Assembly: GCA_054661495.1 (NCBI GenBank)
Contig: BAAFSQ010000221.1
Span: forward strand, 1-16,779
DNA from: Zygophlyctis sp. KS116
Taxonomy: Eukaryota; Fungi; Chytridiomycota
DNA: 16,779 nucleotides
Direction of reading: 5' to 3'
In this document: piece by piece, positions 1 through 9,235 of the stretch
Layout: each line of letters starts with the position of its first letter
Numbering within the stretch: the first letter of the stretch is position 1
Program-made: the position numbers and the translations under genes
Notes under the pieces: generated by a model
Told to the model about the DNA's origin: nothing
Database searches by the model: none
What the model saw: the letters and a program-made list of their open reading frames with translations, nothing else

Positions 1-184
1 TTATTCTGTTTATACGACTTGTCACCAAGATCTTGCAATTTTAATTTAACAAGAATAAACTACATATAGTTCTAAAACTGAAGATCTACACCTAGGCACA
101 TTAGAAGTTGGAGGGTTAGATTATCGACTCATTTGAAAAAAACGATTTGCCCCTTATAATCATGGAAGCTGCTTTTTCCACTTG

Positions 185-226
185 CAAATTTTCGTGAATT
201 AAATTCAAAATCCGATGCGCAGATCC
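185..226. repeat. Copy A of an imperfect ~42-bp direct repeat with exact 15-bp core CCGATGCGCAGATCC (212-226)
   Basis: Directly visible; the partner copy is at 1034-1076. Confidence 0.75.
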
Positions 227-370
227 TAAATGGTAAAATTTACTATTTATTCATCGGGGCTTTAAGCCATTCCGGCATGGATACTGCTTGTAGATTACAT
301 AATCTGCAAATCAGATATTAAAAAACTAGTAAAATATTAAAAAAATATATATTGATGTCTTTCAAGACAA

Positions 371-940
371 TTAAGATTTCCCGCATTTCTTATTATGACG
401 CTTTAAATTTGAGAAAACATTAAACTTCATTCCACACTCAGGAGTCTGACATGAAAATGGTTTTTCTCCTGTATGTACATAGGAATGAGCCTTTAAAGAG
501 CTGGGACGTGAAAAGCTTTTTAAACAAGTGCCGCACTATTTCTTTTAATAAAAATAAATTACCTGGTGCCTCTTTGAGTTCTTGTATCTGAATTCTTCTC
601 CGCTATCACCTGAATCAAGATTAGAATCAATGTAAAAAGTAGAATGAGTTTGTAAATTGACTGTGGATGCATTTTGAAGAATGAATTCAGAACCTTCTTT
701 CAATCCAATCAGTTTCATTGAACAAGAATAATTTGAAACATCATGATTAATATCTAGGATATTTTCTATTTTCATTACATTAGAATCATTAGATTTATCA
801 GAGATTCCCACTGATAAGTGAGGCCCAAAACTAAAAGACATTGTTTTCCCATCATTACAAAAATCCAAAAGTCTTTCACGAGCAAAGAATGGCATTATTT
901 GATTATGATTTTCCTGAATCAAAACTCTTAATGTAGCCAT
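371..940 (-). CDS. C2H2 zinc-finger protein (putative transcription factor), 180 aa; exons 940-563, 535-371
   Basis: Removing the 27-nt intron 562-536 (GTAATT...AAATAG) joins KRHQ to [54 protein letters not shown]. This gives a C2H2 finger and a C2HC-type finger joined by the TGEKPF linker. Exon 2 is absent from the ORF track. The start codon is less certain. Confidence 0.88.
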
Positions 941-1033
941 GCGATTAAAAATAAGTAGTCAATACTGGCCCTTGGGTTGCTTGTAGATCAGCAAATTTGT
1001 GCCGTTGTGAGGTTTCAGCCGCTTGGAACCAAA

Positions 1034-1076
1034 CAAAATTGCGTGAAAAAAGATTCCAGAACCGATGCGCAGATCC
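1034..1076. repeat. Copy B of the imperfect direct repeat, core CCGATGCGCAGATCC (1062-1076), in the divergent zinc-finger/DOM34 intergenic region
   Basis: Exact 15-bp match to 212-226, plus shared CAAA..CGTGAA..ATTC upstream. Confidence 0.75.
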
Positions 1077-1152
1077 CTTTCTTGCAAAAGAATTTAACCG
1101 ACAATTAAGCTTTTTAAAAATTTATAAAAAATTCAATGATAATAATAATTAC

Positions 1153-1233
1153 TTTTGAGGTACTTTTGAGATTTCTAAACCATGCATTTGAGATTTGAGT
1201 TTTGAGATTTGAGAAACATGAGACACATTGAGA
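1153..1233 (+). repeat. Degenerate heptamer array (TTTGAGA-like, 8 copies, 4 of them contiguous at 1187-1214) upstream of DOM34
   Basis: TTTGAGG, TTTGAGA, then TTTGAGA-TTTGAGT-TTTGAGA-TTTGAGA, then CATGAGA, ATTGAGA. Confidence 0.7.
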
Positions 1234-1277
1234 TGTATTAATCAGTAAATTCACCCTTTTCACGAGGATTTTTTCTA

Positions 1278-2543
1278 ATGAAATTGGTTGGAAAAGTACT
1301 GGAAAAAGACTCTTCAGGCTCAATAAAGCTCATTGCAGAAGAAGCAGAAGATATGTGGCATGTTTATAATCTATTAGCAAAAGGTGATCATCTCTATTGT
1401 TCTACTGTGAGGTATTTATTTTTATAATGACTTTAGAAAAGTTGTTTCAGAAACAGATACAGGAACTACTGAAAAATCATCTGTTCGACTCAATCTAAAT
1501 ATTCAAGTGGAAACTATATTTTTTGATGTTCAAGTTTGTGTATTGAGGGTGAATGGTCGAAATGTTTCTGAAAATAAATATGTAAAGGTAATTTTATTCT
1601 ATTTAAATGTAAAAGATGGGTGCTTATCATACACTGGATCTGGAATTAAATAGAAAATTTACAATTTCAAAGGAAGAATGGGATATAATTGCTTTAGAGA
1701 GGATTGATGAGGCTTGTGATATATCTAAAAGAGCCGATATTGCTGCAATAGTATTAGAAGAAGGATTGGCAAATATTTGTTTAGTTAGTCAAAGTATGAC
1801 TATTGTTAGGAGTAAAATTCAAACTAATATTCCAAAAAAACGACGAGGAACGTCTACAGATCATGAAAAAGGTGTTAAAAAGTTTTATGATCAAGTTATG
1901 TTGGGAATAGTGAAATATGTGGATTTTAATATTGTTAAAGTTTTAGTAATTGCAAGTCCTGGGTTTGTAAAGGTAAATATTTTAAATAAAATTAATACCG
2001 TAAAATATACATTTAATATAATTAGGATGATCTTTTCAAGTATATGAATGAAAATTGTTCAAAAGAAGAGTTCAAGGCGATTCGTGATAATCGGTCAAAA
2101 ATTTTACTCGTTCATTCATCATCTGGACAGAAACAAGCACTTTCAGAGATTTTGCAGGAGGATAATATACAAGAACAATTGCAAGATACTAAATATGCAC
2201 TGGAAGTAAAAACATTACATCAGTTTTATCGTATGCTATCAGTCGATCCATTAAGAGCTTGTTATGGGTTTGATCATGTTTTTAAAGCATCTGAACAGGG
2301 TGCTATAGAAACTTTAATGCTAACAGACGAATTATTTAGGTAGTTTGTGATCATTAAAAATCTAGATCTGAGGATATTTCAATTCGTAAAAAATATGTTA
2401 AAATGGTTGAAGTGGTTCGATCATTCAAGGGAAAAACGTTTATATTTTCTTCTCTTCATACGTCGGGTGAACAGCTTAGCAATTTAACAGGAGTTGCTGC
2501 CATTTTACATTATCCAATGCCGGAACTAGAAGAGGATTTTTAA
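1278..2543 (+). CDS. DOM34: Dom34/Pelota ribosome-rescue factor (eRF1 family), 377 aa; exons 1278-1411, 1437-1587, 1616-1972, 2026-2339, 2366-2543
   Basis: Spliced protein has [51 protein letters not shown], ACYG and SSLHTSGEQLSNLTGVAAILHYP. Introns are 25, 28, 53 and 26 nt, all GT-AG, and the total length is divisible by 3. Confidence 0.96.
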
Positions 2544-3721
2544 TTATAATCTGGATATTTCCTTGACAATAGTTGAAAGTATGGGCTGGACTTGTTTTCG
2601 ACTAAATTTAATATTATTTTGTCTGAAATAGCACCATTTACCATTCTCTTCAATAATTTCCAATTGTAATTCAGTTTTAAATAAATTTTCTTTGAAAATA
2701 TCTAGAGAAATTTTAGTAGAATGAATGTAGACAAATAGTTCTCTGCAGAAAACATCATTTTCCGTAAATGCAGTCATCAAGCATAGAATATCAAATGAAT
2801 TCTAAAATTAAAAATTAAAAATACCTCTTGAATAAATCCTTCCAAAGAGACCATCCAATCTTCTTCACGCCCCAGTCTAATTTCTCTCATCTTCCAATCA
2901 GATATAGACCATGTTATACTGCTAATACCCACAGACAACCCTTCCATGATCCATTTCTTGTGATCTTTTCTCATTAAATCTCTAGAAGAAACGTGCATTA
3001 AATCATTTTTTGCCTTTTGAAGTTGATTGAAAAGATCTGAAGCTTGCTTCATATCCATTTTTAATGAATTCATCAGACTTTTAGCTGCCTATAATTAAAT
3101 AAAATAAATAAACCTCTAAATCTTTTACAGTAGTCCTACCAAATGACTCTTGAAAGTTTATTGTATCTAATAGTATGGCACTTAAAATCAGACTTGAAAT
3201 GTCCTTTGATAGATAACCATCTAATTTTGATCTGATCCATTCAGACATTATTAATGAGCTGCAAGAACCCACAGCCTCTACTAAGCGAGGGCAAATATCT
3301 AGAAACTGTTTCTCATCCTTGTGATGATCATAGATACCAATAATTCGATCTTTCAAAAATGTTTGTGATATTCCTAATGCATTATGATCCACCAAAATAA
3401 CATTAGATTCATCCATCTTGAGATCCAAATCACTAATAAAAACTAAATTGCTCTTATCTACTCCAAAAGCATCGAAGGCCCAATCCACTTCTCCTCTGAG
3501 CGATAGATCATCCCTATGTATATTTAGCAGAGGGATATAATTTATGCCCTTAGATTTTAGTTGCTCGAGATATGCTAAACTAATCGAAGAAATCATAGAA
3601 TCTAGATCTGAGATTAGAACAGTAGTAAATTACCGCCGGCCTCATTTCCCATTACAAAGATCTTTTTGCAGACTTGAGTGGAGGCCGCTTTAGAATTCCT
3701 CAAGAATGATGAAAAATTCAT
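2544..3721 (-). CDS. PPX1: Exopolyphosphatase (DHH/DHHA2 family, Ppx1/Prune), 367 aa; exons 3721-3634, 3607-3114, 3088-2825, 2801-2544
   Basis: Motifs MGNEAG|DLDS (split by intron 3633-3608), LVDHN, IYDHH, VGSCSSL, AILLDT, RKDHK and SRKQVQP. Introns are 26, 25 and 23 nt. Confidence 0.93.
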
Positions 3722-3728
3722 TTTATAT

Positions 3729-4969
3729 TCATGAAATTGACTCTTCTAAATCTATTTGCGATTCTTGTCTATTGGAAGCAGGTCTTGTTAGCTGCACTGT
3801 CTCCGTTCGAGGTATAAATCCATTAGATAGAGCCCCTTGTCCATTGAGCAAATCTTTATTTTGTCCGGGAACAGAGTCAGAAGGTGATGATTGAATTTGT
3901 CGACCCAAGAATTCAGCTAATCGCATTGTAAGAGATGGCGGTCTCTTGGCTCTCTCTAGGCTGATAGAATTTATATCGTTTGAAGTTGAACCACTTTCAG
4001 CTGCTTTGTCATTATCATTGACATCAACATCAACAGGACTGTCATTTAGCAATTCCTTTGAATACACGCTAATGTTATCGTCAGCGTTTGGTGGATACGA
4101 TTGAACAACTGAATCTTGCTTTTGAGATTTAGATTTTTCAATTTTTTTAGATTCTTGCCCATCTTCAATTAAACTATCTGTACTAACAGATGCAGTAAGA
4201 TTTGCAACTTGTCGACATAGAGGACATTGAAACATTGGCGATGTAACTACCATCTGAGATACACATTTGTAATGAAAACAATGAGAACATGGTGATACGA
4301 ATAATGCTTGATAAGGGGCTATAGCACCTATACAGATACAGCATTCTGTTGAATTCTCTTCATCATCTGCACGATCTTCTTTTTTTACGGATGCATATGG
4401 GTTAGTAGCTGACAATAGAGATTTAAGAGCTGATTTGAATCTAGAGTATTAGAAAAATTAATGGTATACTTTAAAAGATTAGTATTGTTTCTTGAAATCT
4501 TTATCCAACTTTGATCATGAAATCCTAACTTGACTGTAACACTCTTGTACGCATCTTCCGCTTTTCCTTTGAAATCTACCCCGAATTGTAATATATCTCC
4601 ATTCTTAATAGCATAAGGTCTACTCTCCTTGCCTGATGGGCTTAATCTCATTTTGTTTAGAAATGTTCCTGATGAAGATCCAATATCTCGGACGTAAAGT
4701 TGCAGATCTTTTAGCCAAACTTCTGCATGAGTCCTACTTACTACTTTTGAATTGAACCAAATATGTTCTTCATTTAAAGCCTTATTTCCTTTTGTTATTT
4801 GCTGACCATCTTTGATAACTAAGCGTCCGATCGATAGAATGATTCCCTCACTAATCTTCCTTTCAACAACCTCGCCAACTGCAGGTTGATTTGGATCTTG
4901 GCTAACTGGAATCAGCTGAAATTTTATGCTTTTGGGATTTTCCAATCCGGCATTGTTAGATTCCTCCAT
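3729..4969 (-). CDS. DMA1: FHA + RING-H2 E3 ubiquitin ligase (Dma1/Dma2 family), 403 aa; exons 4969-4470, 4440-3729
   Basis: FHA motifs IGR, FNSKVVSRTHAE, RDIGSSSGTFLN and GDILQFGVDF. RING CCICIGAIAPYQALFVSPCSHCFHYKC...CPLCRQVANL. The 29-nt intron 4469-4441 restores the frame. Confidence 0.92.
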
Positions 4970-5000
4970 AAAAATAATTATGAATGACGTTTACACTTTA

Positions 5001-6927
5001 TTAAAATCCTGCTTCTTTGATATGTTCCAATACTGCGATATCTATATCATCAAAATCTTCATCATTCAAGTTTGGCCTTCCTGAAACCAATGGTGGGTCC
5101 ATCAACGATCCCCTCTTTGCAGCAATAAAATATAATTCTGTGTATTTCAAAATGTAGTCCCTGACTAACTGCCATGCGATCCACCTTTTGATGAAATACT
5201 TAACTTTTGGGTATTCTTCTAAAACTTCAATTAATGCTGATCTTGGTAGGATGTGAATATCAATATTTGTTAAACATCTAGCTTCGCATTTTTTAACTTC
5301 TTCTCTCAATACTGTCAACCCAAAAATAGATCCACTATTTATTAAAAAATGATGCATTACCTAGTATAAATTTTTCCTTCAACAGCTACTATTCCATGCT
5401 CCAAGTAATATATCCCTTCTAAACCATCCGCAAAAAGTAAACTGTTTGCTGGAAAAGATCGAATTTCTATGGCTCTACAAATATTTTGAGTAAGTACAGG
5501 TTCTCTTTCTATAAATGGTACAAAGTAAGGTATATTCAGAACAAAATCCATGAATATTTCCATTGCAATAAATCCATGAAGAGAAACCGGTAGCTCTCTC
5601 ATGAGATGATTTTCACGAGTTTGTCCTTGTTGAGCAAAAAAGTTGGTAAGATGATCGTTAACCTTAACTTTTAGAGTCATATCCAGCTTGAGTTTGTCAA
5701 AGAGTTCTAGATAATTATCAACGAGAATATCTTGTCCTGTGGAGGTTTTTGATGCTTGGGCAAGAGTATCAGATAATCTAGAAATAGAATATACTGCTAT
5801 AAAATAGGAGACGAAATTAACAAAGACTGAATAGATGAATTCTCTAGACGACTGGGGCTGAAGAAAAGGTGCTGAATATCCAACTAAACTTACAGTTCCC
5901 GCACTTAAATATAATGCAGAAATATAAACTTGGAGAGAATCTATATCATGAGCGTCTGCGATTCCTCTATGAGCCGCCAATGAATCTATCCACCCAGGTT
6001 CTTCAGTAGGAGATGCCCTTTCGGCCGCAATACGAAAACCGCAAGCAAACCAATGAATTAGAAAAACTACAGAAATAACAGTCTTTGAAATTAATTTTGA
6101 ATGAATTTACCTTTAAAAGTTGTATTTGTGAATATCTTAAAGTAACATATACTTGCAGCTTTTTTAATTTTCTACTGGCTCTAAATAATCTCAACAATTT
6201 TGCTAATTTCATTAAACGCAAAACCCGAAGAATCTGCAGTTGAGAAGATATAGAACCAGATAATGCAATAAGTTCAAAAGGAATGACAGATAGTAAATCT
6301 ACTGGTCCCCAGCCAAACAAGTAAGAAAATAAAATTCGATTAGAATCTGTAACAAGTTTTCCAGTCTTGGCATCACGATATGGCGATCTGGCTTGAACAA
6401 ACATATCAAAAGCAAAGATTAAATTTACCACCTGATTAATGAGAAATAGCACATCGATCTGTACTGTACTAGGAAGAAATCTAAATATTAGATTATAATT
6501 TTTACGCAGTTTCATATGGCGTAACTACAGCAGTAAATATAAGTAAAAGAATTGTTAAAATATCCCAACGCCTGATAAATCGTGAAGATTGATCAAATAT
6601 TGGAATAGCTGAACTTTTCTCTTCGATAACCTGATAATGTTCTTCCAGTATGCGGTCTTCTACCAAGTATTTTGGTAAATCCTTTTTAGGATCAGTCAGC
6701 ACTCGCCACTTTTGCTTATCACGAAAGCTAACTTTCTGAAGATATGAGCCGCTTGGTACGAATATCTCATCTGGCTCCTCTTCAGGTACCAATACATCTA
6801 AATTATATACAATATACTCGTATAATGACCAATTTCGAAGGTTTTCGACCTTGATCAGCTTCCCATCCTTCTTCTTATTTTTAACAACTCCTGGGAGTGA
6901 TTTAGATGAAACATCAACAGAAAACAT
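5001..6927 (-). CDS. 6TM voltage-sensor cation channel with C-linker and cyclic-nucleotide-binding(-homology) domain (KCNH/HCN/CNG superfamily), 615 aa; exons 6927-6506, 6480-6111, 6082-5361, 5334-5001
   Basis: S1 RRWDILTILLLIFTAVVTPYETAF; S2 NLIFAFDMF; S3 GWGPVDLLSVIPFE; S4 LRVLRLMKLAKLLRLFRASRKLKK; S5 IHWFACGF; pore YISALYLSAGTVSLVGYS; C-linker LMRELPVSL..IPYF; CNBD-like IYYLEHGIV..GSIFG. Introns are 25, 28 and 26 nt. Confidence 0.88.
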
Positions 6928-6988
6928 TCAATATTTTCTGATCTTTCTTTAAGAATGGAAAATTAAACTAAATACTACGTCATCGAAA

Positions 6989-9235
6989 TTATCCGGGCCC
7001 ATTGTGATGATGCATAAACTTACTACCATCAGAAGTAGCCGTACATTTTAATGAACATTTTTCTGTGTTTTCCATCCAATTACTATCTAAAACTTGTGAT
7101 ACTTTAAGTCTCTTTTCAGGATCTGGCTCAAGGAGTTTGTACATTGTCTTTCGGCATTCATGTGGCAACTTTTCAATGGCGATAAAGGTATCGGTTTTTC
7201 TAGTTTTGTATGCCTTGAATCCTTCATCGGTTGACTTTGCGGCCCTCCATAAAATTGTTTTTGTGTACATGGTATATAATAGAATTCCTATGTTTTAGAT
7301 ATTATAATTACCAGCTGACCAAGCATCCGTTTTTAAAGCATCGTATTCATCTAATTCCCACATTTCAGGAGCTATATAAGGATCTGATCCTGCAATTCCT
7401 CTTGAGAGTTTATTTTCTTTATCGTTTAATCCTTTAACTACATCAGCGACTCCAAAATCTGTAATTTTAATACGCTCATGTTTAGCATCCAGTAAAATGT
7501 TTTCAGGTTTCAAGTCACTATTATCAGGTCCAAAGTTTGTTACCGATGAGCGATTCCAATAGAATGTATATAAGTCAATCCGCTTAAAATTTGTTTGAAG
7601 AAACAAGCAATTTCTAGACTACTGTGGAATTTTCCTTTACTGATCTTGTTAAACATATCTCCACCAGGAATATATTCCATGACTTCACACCATTTGCCAT
7701 GCTAAAAGTTTAAAAAAAGATAAAATACCTCATCTTTAATCAGGTCCACCGTTTCAATGACATTTTCATGTTTCATGGATGAACTAAATTATTATTATTT
7801 TGATTACCTAATACAAAATTCTGATATAACTCTCTTAGCATAGTCACGATTAGTTTCATCTTTTTTTCTTTTCCTGAATTCCTAGAATTTTAAATTTTAA
7901 ATTTACCTTGACTGCCCATAATTTATCAACAGTGTTTGCCTTGTGAAGATGTGCTAAACGAACAGTAGCTTGTGCTCCCTTTCCAAGTACTTCTTCCAAA
8001 TGTCCATATTTTTCAGTTAAGCAAACGTCTGAGCCAGCTGCAGAAGACATTATTGAATTATTGGTCATTTGAGAATTCTCAGTGTCCGTCCTTTGAATTT
8101 GATACTGATCAGTCATCAATTCCTTGATTAAAGTACTCGTGATTTCTCTGTCTTCATGATTCCTTTTCTTTTTTGATAATAATCTACCCAATGTATTTGA
8201 AATGGAATGATCTGTCTTTGGAAAATCAGGAGGTGGAGATGATAAGATTTTTCTTAAATCTGATCCAACACTTGCTCTACTTTCCCTTATATTAGAAGAT
8301 GAATATTCAACTGAGCTACTTGATGTTTGCATTGTTTCATCGCATGCCGAAACTCTTGAAGCTCTTGAACTTGAATTATTTTCCTCATGATCTTTACTTT
8401 TATGTTCGTGATCTGGTTCATGTTTAACATGAAAAATCTTTGAAAATAATGATTCGTGTTTATGCTCCCGATGATTATTTGTCACCCAATGTTCTCTAGA
8501 TTGAGATTCTGGAAAATGAACCATTTGAAACTGGTGATAATTTCCAGAATTTGCATTTATAGAATGATTTGACTTTATAGATTCTTGATCATCATGTTTG
8601 GCAATACTTGAATGTGTACTCTCTTGTCTGATTGATTGTGAATCATGTTTTGAATTAAAAGAATTAGAAAAAATATCTCCCAAGGGTGAATCTAATTTAA
8701 ACAATTTTTTAAGCAAAGTTGGCTTTTTCTGATTATTAAGAGTTTCTAAATTTGAGGAATCTAGGATTTCAAATGGTGATTCTGACGTCGAATGTCCATG
8801 CCAAACTGCGCGTTGTGAAGTAAATGATTTCTTCTTCTTAACACTAGACTGATCATCATCAATTTCATCTTTAAAAGACTGGTTATAACTCCTTAAAGCC
8901 TCATCAGAGCTACTATTAACCTTTTCAATACTCTTTAATGATGGATTGACTTCTTTGAGTGTTTGGGAGTCTGAAAATATTTTTAAATCTTGTAATGCAT
9001 CAACGAATTGAATATTATCTACCGGCAATTCTAAATCAGGATGATCTGCATGCAAATCAGCAGTAGAAGATTCTAAAATTGGATCTAAACTAGCCGGCGA
9101 TTGAATTAAATGTCCTTCAGGAATATGAACATCCAACTGATGATGATCTTGTAATTTCAATTCATCTTCAGGTTGATCATCATCAGGTATTACTAGAATC
9201 TCTACTTTAATCTCTAAATCTGGTCGATCAGACAT
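6989..9235 (-). CDS. HAL/NPR-family (Sat4/Hal5/Hrk1/Ptk-like) Ser/Thr protein kinase with long low-complexity N-terminus, about 706 aa; exons 9235-7907, 7881-7808, 7783-7729, 7701-7544, 7517-7312, 7287-6989
   Basis: Motifs LGKGAQATVRL, WAVKEFRKR, KRVISEFCISSSMKHENVIETVDL, WCEVMEY, CFFKQIL, HRDLKPEN, ITDFG, GSDPYIAPE and DAWSAG. The EFCIS and CFFKQ motifs are typical of fungal HAL kinases. Introns are 25, 24, 27, 26 and 24 nt. The start may instead be at 9308 (see findings). Confidence 0.9.

Noticed and set aside
183-198. GCAAATTTTCGTGAA resembles the U6 snRNA 3' segment GCAAATTCGTGAA
   Set aside because: There is no ACAGAGA box or AGC triad/ISL context upstream; a short chance similarity.
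1-280. Possible small spliced minus-strand gene at the left edge (GT..AG candidates at about 243-226 and 63-32)
   Set aside because: I could not build an ATG-initiated, stop-free model with a recognisable product; sequence beyond the window is needed.
1114-1323. 69-aa minus-strand ORF
   Set aside because: Non-ATG start, antisense to DOM34 exon 1, runs through the TTTGAGA repeats, and has no recognisable domain.
3706-3894. 62-aa Cys-containing plus-strand ORF
   Set aside because: Antisense shadow of the DMA1 3' end and PPX1 start; the Cys spacing fits no motif I recognise.
6975-6983. ATG-ACG-TAG minimal uORF or extra first exon for the channel
   Set aside because: No acceptor puts it in frame with the channel, which has a TGA directly before ATG 6927. 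It coincides with the ATGACGT motif and is better explained by that.
7065-7437. Plus-strand ORFs 7065-7298 and 7231-7437
   Set aside because: Antisense to the kinase catalytic domain, with no independent support.
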